The notes beneath the pieces were generated by a model. It saw nothing but the letters and a program-made list of their open reading frames with translations, made no database searches and had not been told where the DNA came from. The position numbers and the translations under genes were made by a program. From a virus (taxonomy: Duplodnaviria > Caudoviricetes): a stretch of 64,000 bases of DNA. The stretch is taken from IMG/VR virus record IMGVR_UViG_3300011717_000032, positions 1 to 64,000 of that record, one strand, 5' to 3'. Of the stretch, positions 9,285 to 17,322 are shown piece by piece. Each line of letters starts with the position of its first letter. Position 1 is the first letter of the stretch.

Positions 9285-10087
9285 TGAAACTGGAGGCAGC
9301 TCTTAAACATTTCAGCCCCCAGGGCATGCTCATCAGTGACAGCGTGAAAGGTACATCACCGGATCGCCTCACTGGCACTGACGTAATGGCGGCCATCGGC
9401 ACCACCAGCAGCCGGGCGCGTTTCGGCCTGGCGGCATTCTTCGGCAAGGCCGGGATCAGCAAAACGGATGAGCAGATGGCGGTTCAGGCACTGGCCCGTC
9501 ATGCAATGGATTCCGCACCAAAGAACGTGCGTAAAGCAGCGGGTGCAGAGTTCGGTTGGTGCATGCAGCTTCTGGCGCAATTCGCCTTTGCAGAGTATTC
9601 CCGTTCGGCGGCCACCAGCGCACCGTGTAACAGCTGCAGCGGTACCGGCTTTACGGACCAACTGGAGGATGTAATCAAGCACCCTGGCATTTTCGATGCA
9701 GACGGTGCTGAGGTTGTGGCTCCTAAGATTAAGCGTGAGCTGGTGAAACGTACATGCGGAACATGCGGCGGTAAGGGAGTGATCCATGCCCGCTGTCGTT
9801 GCGGAGGTAAAGGCGAAGTGCTCGACCGTGCAGAGACAAAGAAAAAGGGTGCCCCGGTTTTTAAAACCTGTGAGCGTTGTTCTGGAAATGGATTTTCATC
9901 GGTGCCCTCTACAGCTGCGCATAAAGCGATTCTTAAACGTTTGCCAGATCTGCATGTAAGGACATGGACGCGCAACTGGAAACCTTTTCTGGAGGCGCTG
10001 GTGGACATTTGCCAACAGGAAGAAGGGAGGGCTGCCAGAGAATTTCAGGCAGCAACTACCCTGTGTGAAGAAAGCTACAAAATTTAG
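9284..10087 (+). CDS. Q: Late antiterminator Q (Zn-finger Antiterm type)
   Basis: Position before pR' and lysis genes; CNSCSGTG, CGTCGGKG and CERCSGNG Cys motifs. Confidence 0.88.
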   Translation: MKLEAALKHFSPQGMLISDSVKGTSPDRLTGTDVMAAIGTTSSRARFGLAAFFGKAGISKTDEQMAVQALARHAMDSAPKNVRKAAGAEFGWCMQLLAQFAFAEYSRSAATSAPCNSCSGTGFTDQLEDVIKHPGIFDADGAEVVAPKIKRELVKRTCGTCGGKGVIHARCRCGGKGEVLDRAETKKKGAPVFKTCERCSGNGFSSVPSTAAHKAILKRLPDLHVRTWTRNWKPFLEALVDICQQEEGRAAREFQAATTLCEESYKI

Positions 10088-10106
10088 CATTTTAACGACA
10101 TAAATC

Positions 10107-10136
10107 TTGCTTTTGTCCGAAGTTGTCGTGTAAGCT
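10107..10136 (+). promoter_or_regulatory. Putative late promoter pR'
   Basis: TTGCTT-18 nt-TAAGCT directly after Q. Confidence 0.6.
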
Positions 10137-10169
10137 TCAAATCGTGGGATATAACGCCTGCACGACATT

Positions 10170-10194
10170 AAACCCGCCTCTGTGCGGGTTTTTT
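10170..10194. terminator. tR'-like intrinsic terminator, probably bidirectional
   Basis: AAACCCGC-ctctgt-GCGGGTTTTTT. Confidence 0.8.
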
Positions 10195-10199
10195 GTTTT

Positions 10200-10290
10200 T
10201 ACGCCAGGGGCGGCCCTGAACAAGTCCGCCAGTTCGTAAACCGCGTGTTTGCGCGTCGACCCGAACCGTGGCGGCTGGGAGGTCGTCTGT
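10200..10290 (-). ncRNA. Candidate structured RNA downstream of the DUF3800 gene
   Basis: Nested stems CCGCCA/TGGCGG, GTTCG/CGAAC, CGCG/CGCG, then hairpin CAGGG-ccgc-CCCTG. Confidence 0.45.
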
Positions 10291-10291
10291 T

Positions 10292-11089
10292 TTAATCTGG
10301 TAATGGGTACTTGAGCATTACCTTCCTTGTTCTAAGCTCACGCGGTCCCTTTGTAGGATCATAAAAGTACCAGATGTTAAATTTACGCTCAGTGCCCCAA
10401 GTGTCATAGTGGAAGCCATCCCAACCTAAATAACTTGCGATTTTATTTGCTACCGCGATTTTTCGTGGGTTGGAGGCTTTATCCTGGTAGGCACTCATCA
10501 CAGCACCAAGTAAAAAATCGCAGATCTGTATTTGAGCCGATTCTTTTGAATCCTTTGTGATTACAGATTTTATAGCTTCATCTTTACCTGTTGCATTTTT
10601 TATAATGCTGTTAGCAATCTTATGGAAAGCCTCATCGGCTTTATCGTACCTAGATGCTATTGGGTCAACATCAATACGGAATTCACATTCTCTATCGGGG
10701 AATTTGCGAATCACTCGGATGATTTTTTTTGTCAGCAGTTCAGTGAAGTGTTTACGCATTGCTAAGTCATAATCACCATCATGGAATTCTTTATTTACAT
10801 GTGCTTTTTGAATAATAATGCAGTGAAATGCAAGCCATTGATATTTAAAGAAAGCTTCAATGACATCATCATAGAATGCAGCGTTTTGTTTAGAGTGAGC
10901 TTTTTGCCATTTAAGCTCATCTGAACAGTTATGTTTTTCACGAAGCTCCCGGATAATTTGAACGAAGTCGCCGCGGCGCTGGTATTTCATCCATAGGCTT
11001 CCAAACCCATAGAATCGTTGCCCGCCGGTTCCTGACTCATCACAGGAAACGTGCCAGATTAATTTACCCGGATTATCCTTGTCAGACAT
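10292..11089 (-). CDS. DUF3800-family protein (antisense moron)
   Basis: CDESG, ELKW and DSKESAQIQICDFLLGA motifs; AT-rich; opposite to the late operon. Confidence 0.82.
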   Translation of the reverse strand: MSDKDNPGKLIWHVSCDESGTGGQRFYGFGSLWMKYQRRGDFVQIIRELREKHNCSDELKWQKAHSKQNAAFYDDVIEAFFKYQWLAFHCIIIQKAHVNKEFHDGDYDLAMRKHFTELLTKKIIRVIRKFPDRECEFRIDVDPIASRYDKADEAFHKIANSIIKNATGKDEAIKSVITKDSKESAQIQICDFLLGAVMSAYQDKASNPRKIAVANKIASYLGWDGFHYDTWGTERKFNIWYFYDPTKGPRELRTRKVMLKYPLPD

Positions 11090-11299
11090 TGTAACCCTTA
11101 TCGAGATAGTGATAGAGGAGAGCAATATTTAATCATCTTGCAAGGCATTGATAAAGATCGTTTTTATCTTTATGGATCAGATTTTGTTCCGCGCTAGTAT
11201 GTATCGACATTTCTTACAAGACTGAGGCTGCCATTCGGCGGCCTTTTTTCATTTCCCCTCAATTTTTCTGAGAGGACCCACGGCAAAAGAGGGGGACCA

Positions 11300-11686
11300 A
11301 TGTCCGATCCAATTTCCGGCACGGGGTTAGCCGGTGGCACCCTGGCGGGAGCCAGCGTTTATGGACTGCTGACCGGGACCGATTACGGTGTAGTTTTTGG
11401 CGCATTTGCAGGGGCTGTATTCTACATCGCCACAGCCGCAGACCTGGGCGCAGCACGCCGACTTGCTTATTTTATCGTGTCCTATATCGCTGGCATTCTG
11501 TGCTCTGGCTTGGTCGGGTCGAAGCTGGCTAACTTGACCGGTTACAGCGACAAACCCCTGGACGCCATTGGTGCCGTTATCGTTTCTGCATTAGCCGTCA
11601 AAATCCTGACGTTCCTGAATAACCAGGATGTCGGCTCGCTGGTGGCGCTGATAACGCGCCGGGGAGGTTCTGGTGGTACTAAATGA
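11300..11686 (+). CDS. Putative holin
   Basis: Several TM segments, first gene of the lysis cassette. Confidence 0.8.
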   Translation: MSDPISGTGLAGGTLAGASVYGLLTGTDYGVVFGAFAGAVFYIATAADLGAARRLAYFIVSYIAGILCSGLVGSKLANLTGYSDKPLDAIGAVIVSALAVKILTFLNNQDVGSLVALITRRGGSGGTK

Positions 11687-11954
11687 CCCGACAGCAACTA
11701 TCAACGCGCTGCTCTGCGCCGGGGTAGTGATCACCCTGATGTTTTACCGTCGTGGTGATTCCCGTCATCGCCCGTGGGTATCCCGCCTGGCATGGCTGAT
11801 TACTGTGACGTACAGCGCCGTGCCACTGGCGTACCTGTGCGGGATTTACCCTCATTCATCGTGGGCCACCATTGGTGCCAACGTCATTTTCCTTTCCGTG
11901 CTGGTGGCCGTCAGAGGCAACGTTGCGCGCCTGGTTGATCATCTGAGGCAATAA
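11673..11954 (+). CDS. Holin-family membrane protein
   Basis: Three hydrophobic segments, RGNVARL tail, precedes endolysin. Confidence 0.75.
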   Translation: MVLNDPTATINALLCAGVVITLMFYRRGDSRHRPWVSRLAWLITVTYSAVPLAYLCGIYPHSSWATIGANVIFLSVLVAVRGNVARLVDHLRQ

Positions 11955-12583
11955 TGAACCAAACACAATTTCAGAAGGCGGCTGGTATCAGCGCCGGGTT
12001 AGCTGCGCGCTGGTATCCGTATATCGACGCAGCCATGAAAGAGTTCGGGATTACCGCGCCGCTCGATCAGGCCATGTTCATCGCACAGATAGGCCATGAG
12101 TCCGGTGGCTTTACCCGGCTGGTGGAAAACCTGAACTATGCGGCAGACAGTCTGGTGTCGGTGTTCGGTAAGCACCGCATCACAGCACAACAGGCCGCAG
12201 CTCTCGGCAGAACGGCCACGCAGCCAGCTAACCAGAAAGCGATCGCCAATCTGGTCTATGGCGGAGAGTGGGGCAAAAAGAACCTGGGCAATCAGGTGGC
12301 TGGTGACGGCTGGAAATACCGGGGCCGCGGTCTGAAGCAGATCACAGGCCTGAGCAACTACCGTAACTGCGGGCAGGTGATGAAGCTGGATCTGGTAACC
12401 CACCCGGAGCTACTGGAGCAGGATGTCTATGCCGCGCGATCAGCAGCATGGTTTTACGTGTCACACGGCTGCCTGCTTTATTCGGGCGATGTAGAGCGCG
12501 TCACGCTGATCATCAATGGCGGACGTAACGGCCTGGATAAACGGCGCACTCTGTTCAACCTGGCGAAGTCCGTTCTGTTGTGA
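11954..12583 (+). CDS. Endolysin, GH19 (chitinase-like)
   Basis: FIAQIGHESGG, KYRGRGLKQITG, INGGRNG motifs. Confidence 0.92.
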   Translation: MNQTQFQKAAGISAGLAARWYPYIDAAMKEFGITAPLDQAMFIAQIGHESGGFTRLVENLNYAADSLVSVFGKHRITAQQAAALGRTATQPANQKAIANLVYGGEWGKKNLGNQVAGDGWKYRGRGLKQITGLSNYRNCGQVMKLDLVTHPELLEQDVYAARSAAWFYVSHGCLLYSGDVERVTLIINGGRNGLDKRRTLFNLAKSVLL

Positions 12584-12590
12584 GGTCAAG

Positions 12591-12866
12591 ATGGGTATCG
12601 AAGTGATTATTGGGCTGGCTGCAGCGGTGATCGCTGCTATCGCTGGCGCATTTGGATTAGGCCATTCACGCGGCGCCAGCAAAGCGGAAGCAAAAGCTGA
12701 TCTGCAGCGTACCGAAGATAACGCCGCGGCAATGGTAGCAGCAGCAGAACGCCGGTTTGAAGCAACGAAAGAGGCCAGCAATGTACAGCAGACTGTTAAC
12801 CATATGCCTGATGACGATGTTGATTGCGAGCTGCATGACTCGTGGAAGCGCCCCGGTGGTGGTTGA
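12591..12866 (+). CDS. i-spanin-like (Rz) protein
   Basis: N-terminal TM followed by an Ala-rich coiled coil; follows endolysin. Confidence 0.75.
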   Translation: MGIEVIIGLAAAVIAAIAGAFGLGHSRGASKAEAKADLQRTEDNAAAMVAAAERRFEATKEASNVQQTVNHMPDDDVDCELHDSWKRPGGG

Positions 12867-12996
12867 TACCGCCTGTGACTGGGTAAAGCCAATCTACGTT
12901 ACTGATCACGACATCGATGTGCTGGACCGCCAGACGAAGAAGGACATTCTGGCGCATAACAAAGCGTGGCAGGCGAACTGCCAAAAACAGGAGTGA
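12781..12996 (+). CDS. o-spanin-like (Rz1) lipoprotein
   Basis: Overlaps Rz in another frame; lipobox LIASC. Confidence 0.75.
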   Translation: MYSRLLTICLMTMLIASCMTRGSAPVVVDTACDWVKPIYVTDHDIDVLDRQTKKDILAHNKAWQANCQKQE

Positions 12997-12999
12997 ATC

Positions 13000-13356
13000 A
13001 TGCTGCTGTGTTCACATTCAATCGCGGGGAAATTTCCATACCCGCCAAAAAGAGAGCAACCGATGAGCGAAGCAAAACCGCAGGACGGCAGTACCGTTAA
13101 GGGCTACCGCACGTTAACACCAGGCGACATTGAGCGCATGAACCGCCTGAAGGGCGTTAGTCGTCATTTTTGCAGTCTGCTTGATACCGAGCGCGGTGAG
13201 CTGCTCGCTATTCGCAATGGTCCGTCGATGCTGAGTGCTGAGCAGGCGCGTGAGTTTGATGACGCCCTGCGCTGCCTGTCTATCGCACGCACTAAAATGC
13301 AGGAAGCGTGTATGTGGTCCTGTCGTGCCGTTGCGCGCCCTGATGCTGATTGCTAG
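13000..13356 (+). CDS. Acb2-like cyclic-oligonucleotide sponge (anti-CBASS)
   Basis: VKGYRTL...MNRLK and RCLSIARTKMQEACMWSCRAVARP match the Acb2/Vs.4 pattern; internal ATG at 13063. Confidence 0.72.
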   Translation: MLLCSHSIAGKFPYPPKREQPMSEAKPQDGSTVKGYRTLTPGDIERMNRLKGVSRHFCSLLDTERGELLAIRNGPSMLSAEQAREFDDALRCLSIARTKMQEACMWSCRAVARPDADC

Positions 13357-13417
13357 CCATTCCAAAGCTCATCTGCTGGTGGGCTTGATAATGGGTTCAT
13401 TCACAATAGGAGCATAT

Positions 13418-13660
13418 ATGGCTAGCGCCGAACTAACCTCATCACAGCAGATCCGTTTTGGTCTGCTGTCAGCCGTGGATTTTGATACGGCCGCAGCAGC
13501 AGAAGCCATCAAGTTCGTTGAAGACGACCAGTTGAAGTTTCAGTTGTTCATCCAGCACCTCAGTCGCGTAACCAGCGAAAACGGCCTGGTTTACCGTACG
13601 ACCAAAGCAATCCAAGAAGCAAAAGAGACTCTTATCCTGTTCCCCTCGGAAGAGGCGTAA
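13418..13660 (+). CDS. Small phage protein (DUF2560-like)
   Basis: DTAAAAEAIKFV motif; homolog at 54060-54305. Confidence 0.75.
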   Translation: MASAELTSSQQIRFGLLSAVDFDTAAAAEAIKFVEDDQLKFQLFIQHLSRVTSENGLVYRTTKAIQEAKETLILFPSEEA

Positions 13661-13873
13661 AGCTATTACAGAAGCTCTTCACTGAGGAGCTTCGATAATG
13701 GATATCCCCTCTGGCGGTTAAATCTTAAGTATCCTCTGTAGGGGATAGAGCATTGCAGCAGGCATTCACTGAGTGCCTGTGATAATGTCATCAGTGGCTA
13801 GGGTAGCTCCCGAAAAGCGGCATCGTCACCGCCTGCCATTGATAACCTGACGAGAAACTTAGACGAGGTTGTG

Positions 13874-14284
13874 ATGGAGCCGCAAAGATTCACCCACGAA
13901 AATGAAGTGTTGGCTATGGCTCCTCTGAGCGATGAAGACGAAAATCTCTTCCTGACGCAGAGCGTATACCTGGTCGCTGGTGGGGAAATACAGTGGGATT
14001 TTGTTCTTAATGACGGGAAAGACCATCATTTTCGCCAGCAGCTACACAACCTTCTTAACGATGCGCAGCTATCCAGCTTCAAATGTTACATCCGTAACGT
14101 TTTGCAAAGCCTGCAGCAAGAAACCATGATGGTCGTTTTAGACCAGAAAGAGGTATCGGTTCCCTTCCACTACGAGATCGAAACCGGTGGTAGAAGAGTT
14201 AAGGTGCCAGAGCTTGATGGCGAGTTCCTGGACGCTACATGCCTCGGTGACTCCGTGCCGACATTCATCAGCGCCCGCCGCTAA
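13874..14284 (+). CDS. Hypothetical moron protein
   Basis: 136 aa acidic ORF with GAGG RBS; absent from module 2. Confidence 0.7.
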   Translation: MEPQRFTHENEVLAMAPLSDEDENLFLTQSVYLVAGGEIQWDFVLNDGKDHHFRQQLHNLLNDAQLSSFKCYIRNVLQSLQQETMMVVLDQKEVSVPFHYEIETGGRRVKVPELDGEFLDATCLGDSVPTFISARR

Positions 14285-14414
14285 CCAATAACACCGAATC
14301 ACAAGAGGTCGCTTAGGCGGCCTTTTTTTATGCGCCTCGCACGCGCACCAAAGAGAGTCATTCAGTCGTGAGTCACTTGCTGTTGCTGGTGGCTTTTTTA
14401 TTGGAGCCAACAAT

Positions 14415-14765
14415 ATGCCAGCAGCTATCCCTCGCGCCTGCCGTAAGCGTGGATGTTCCGGCACCACCACAGACCGTTCCGGCTACTGCGAGGCGCACCG
14501 TAATGAAGGATGGCAGCAGCATCAGCGCGGCCTGAGCCGCCACCGGCGTGGCTACGGCAGTAAGTGGGACATCATCCGCGTACGCATCCTTAAGCGTGAT
14601 CGACACATCTGCCAGCAGTGTCTGCGCAACGGCAGGCCACGCCCTGCGGAAACGGTCGACCACATTATTCCGAAAGCTCACGGCGGCACCGATGAAGACA
14701 GCAATCTCGAATCGCTGTGCTGGCCATGCCATAAACGCAAGACCGCGACGGAGAGAACCCGATGA
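14415..14765 (+). CDS. Terminase-associated HNH endonuclease
   Basis: CQQC...VDHIIPKAHGG...NLESLCWPCH. Confidence 0.92.
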   Translation: MPAAIPRACRKRGCSGTTTDRSGYCEAHRNEGWQQHQRGLSRHRRGYGSKWDIIRVRILKRDRHICQQCLRNGRPRPAETVDHIIPKAHGGTDEDSNLESLCWPCHKRKTATERTR

Positions 14766-14962
14766 GCTATACGCGCTGCACTTACTGCGGCTCGACGCTG
14801 CACACCGTAGCGAATTGCCCAAAGACGTGGGGAGGTTCAGCCCGCCGTGCGAACCTGCGCTGCGGTTACTGCGGTCAGTCAGGCCATAACTCCAGCGCCT
14901 GCCCGCACAATGCCAGCAGCGCGCGGCGCCGCAACCTCAGTGATGACTTCCATCTCGACTGA
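14762..14962 (+). CDS. Double CCHC zinc-knuckle protein
   Basis: Two exact Cx2Cx4Hx4C motifs; ATGA overlap with HNH. Confidence 0.75.
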   Translation: MSYTRCTYCGSTLHTVANCPKTWGGSARRANLRCGYCGQSGHNSSACPHNASSARRRNLSDDFHLD

Positions 14963-15066
14963 TGAAATGCGGAATGATTCCAAATGCAATCATTTCGATA
15001 TGAATGATATCGATTCTCACTACCGGGGGAGGGCGGGTCAAAAGTTCAGGCCCATGCCTGCTAAGT

Positions 15067-15076
15067 ACCGCCGCCT
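15067..15076 (+). other. Candidate cos core ACCGCCGCCT
   Basis: Identical 10-mer between HNH and terS in both modules (also 56929-56938), preceded by conserved GGGAGGGCGGGT..AAAGTTCAGG. Confidence 0.5.
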
Positions 15077-15124
15077 CAGTCAGATTTTTACACCCGCGAA
15101 ATATAAAATTTAACTGGAGCGTCT

Positions 15125-15595
15125 ATGGCTGGAGCGACGGGCCGATCCGGACGCCGCGCCAAGCCGACTGCCCGGAAGTTGCTGGCAGGCAATCCGGGTA
15201 AGCGCGCCCTCAATAAAGAAGAACCCTCCTTCACACCCATAACCGGCGTTGACCCGCCCGAGTGGCTCAGCGAATCCGCTGCGACAATGTGGAGAATGGT
15301 CTCTAATGAGCTGTGCGCGCAGGAGGTTTTGTGCGCCACGGATTTACACAACCTCGAAATGTTTTGTGTGGCCTATGCCAACGCCCGCGCTGCGCAGGTG
15401 GACGTTGCTAAAAACGGAATCACCGTAACCGGCGCAATGGGCGGTGTGATCAAAAACCCGGCGCTGACCGTGCTGAATGAAGCAATGCGGCAGATGGCCT
15501 CCTTCGGAGGCATGCTCGGGCTGGACCCCAGCAGCAGGCAGCGTCTGATTGGTGGGAACAAAAAACAGTCGGACAACCCCTTTAAAAACCTATGA
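15125..15595 (+). CDS. terS: Terminase small subunit (P27 family)
   Basis: GRRAKPT...[16 protein letters not shown]. Confidence 0.9.
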   Translation: MAGATGRSGRRAKPTARKLLAGNPGKRALNKEEPSFTPITGVDPPEWLSESAATMWRMVSNELCAQEVLCATDLHNLEMFCVAYANARAAQVDVAKNGITVTGAMGGVIKNPALTVLNEAMRQMASFGGMLGLDPSSRQRLIGGNKKQSDNPFKNL

Positions 15596-17322
15596 CGCGC
15601 AAAGCCTACCCTAACGTGAACGCCGCAAATCAGTATGCCCGTGACATCGTCCGGGGGAAAACTGTGGCGTGCCGCTACGTCATCGATGCGTGCCAGCGGC
15701 ACCTTGATGATCTGGCGAAAGAGAAAACGAAAAAGTTTCTTTACCGGTTCGATAAAGATCTGGCGGAAAAGGCGGCAAAGTTTATCCAGCTTCTGCCGCA
15801 TACGAAAGGCGAGTGGGCCTTCAAACGCATGCCCATCACCCTTGAGCCCTGGCAGCTGTTTATCGTCTGCTCGGCGTTCGGCTGGGTACGCAAGGGCTCG
15901 AAGCTGCGGCGTTTCCGCGAGGTTTATACCGAGATCCCGCGTAAGAATGGTAAGTCGGCGATCTCTGCCGGTGTGGCATTGTTCTGCTTCACCTGTGACG
16001 ACGAGTTTGGCGCGGAGGTTTACTCCGGCGCCACGACGGAAAAGCAGGCGTGGGAAGTGTTCCGCCCGGCGCGCCTGATGTGTAAACGCACCCCGGCGCT
16101 TTGTGACGCGTTTGGCGTGGAGGTTAATGCCTCCAACATGAACCGGCCGGAAGATGGTGCCCGTCTTGAGCCGCTGATCGGCAACCCTGGCGATGGTGCT
16201 TCTCCGAGCTGCGCCATTGTGGACGAATATCACGAACACGAGACCGACGCGCTCTACACCACCATGCTGACAGGTATGGGCGCCCGGCGTCAGCCGTTGA
16301 TGTGGGCCATCACCACTGCGGGCTACAACATTGAGGGGCCGTGCTACGACAAGCGCCGGGAAGTTATTGAAATGCTGAACGGCACGGTACCTAACGATGA
16401 GCTGTTCGGTGTGATTTACACCGTTGATGAGGGTGACGACTGGACCGATCCGGCGGTGCTGCGCAAGGCGAATCCCAATATGGGTATTTCTGTCTACAGC
16501 GATTTCCTGCTGAGCCAGCAGAAGCGGGCCATGAACAACGCCCGCCAGGCCAACGTTTTCAAAACCAAGCATCTGAACATCTGGGTATCAGCCAGGGCGG
16601 CTTACTTCAACCTCGTCAGCTGGCGCAACTGCGAGGATGAAACGCTGACGATCGAGCAGTTCGAGGGTCAGCCTTGCTACCTTTCGTTCGACCTGGCGCG
16701 AAAGCTCGATATGAACAGCATGGTGCGCATCTTCAGTCGTGATATTGATGGCAGGCGGCACTATTACTGCATAGCGCCTAAGTTCTGGGTGCCTTATGAC
16801 ACGGTATACAGCACGGACACCGATCATCAGCGTACTGCTGAACGCTTCCAGAAGTGGGTGAACTCCGGCCACCTGGAGGTAACCGAAGGTGCAGAGATCG
16901 ACTACCGCGTCATCCTGGAGGAAGCGAAGGCGGTCAACCGGCAGAACCCGGTAGAGGAATCGGCCATCGATCCCCACGGCGCCACGAACCTGTCCCACCA
17001 TCTGGCCGATGAGGGTCTCAGCCCGATAACCATCGTCCAGAACTACACCAACATGTCGGACCCGATGAAGGAGCTTGAGGCGGCGATAGAGGCCGGACGC
17101 TTCCACCATGACGGCCATCCCATACTGACATGGTGTATCTCTAACGTAGTGGGCAAGCACCTCCCCGGTAACGATGACGTTGTGCGGCCCATTAAGGAGC
17201 ACAGCGAGAACAAAATCGACGGGGCCACTGCCCTGATCATGGATATAGGCCGGGCCATGCTGCCGGAGACCCGACAGGATCTTAACGGCTTCTTTGAAAA
17301 TCCCATCATGGTAGGTTTCTGA
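15592..17322 (+). CDS. terL: Terminase large subunit
   Basis: PRKNGKS Walker A, IVDEYHE Walker B, KIDGATA nuclease motif. Confidence 0.95.
   Translation: MTRKAYPNVNAANQYARDIVRGKTVACRYVIDACQRHLDDLAKEKTKKFLYRFDKDLAEKAAKFIQLLPHTKGEWAFKRMPITLEPWQLFIVCSAFGWVRKGSKLRRFREVYTEIPRKNGKSAISAGVALFCFTCDDEFGAEVYSGATTEKQAWEVFRPARLMCKRTPALCDAFGVEVNASNMNRPEDGARLEPLIGNPGDGASPSCAIVDEYHEHETDALYTTMLTGMGARRQPLMWAITTAGYNIEGPCYDKRREVIEMLNGTVPNDELFGVIYTVDEGDDWTDPAVLRKANPNMGISVYSDFLLSQQKRAMNNARQANVFKTKHLNIWVSARAAYFNLVSWRNCEDETLTIEQFEGQPCYLSFDLARKLDMNSMVRIFSRDIDGRRHYYCIAPKFWVPYDTVYSTDTDHQRTAERFQKWVNSGHLEVTEGAEIDYRVILEEAKAVNRQNPVEESAIDPHGATNLSHHLADEGLSPITIVQNYTNMSDPMKELEAAIEAGRFHHDGHPILTWCISNVVGKHLPGNDDVVRPIKEHSENKIDGATALIMDIGRAMLPETRQDLNGFFENPIMVGF

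Noticed and set aside
12781-12835. Near-identical ~50-bp stretch shared with 53375-53430 as a mobile repeat
   Set aside because: Explained by the dual-frame constraint of the overlapping Rz/Rz1 genes
13790-13843. Hammerhead ribozyme (three-way junction with GAAA after a stem)
   Set aside because: The required CUGANGA core is absent
15373-16572. 399-aa antisense ORF
   Set aside because: Shadow of terS/terL in GC-rich coding DNA; the same applies to the other long antisense ORFs over head, tail and helicase genes
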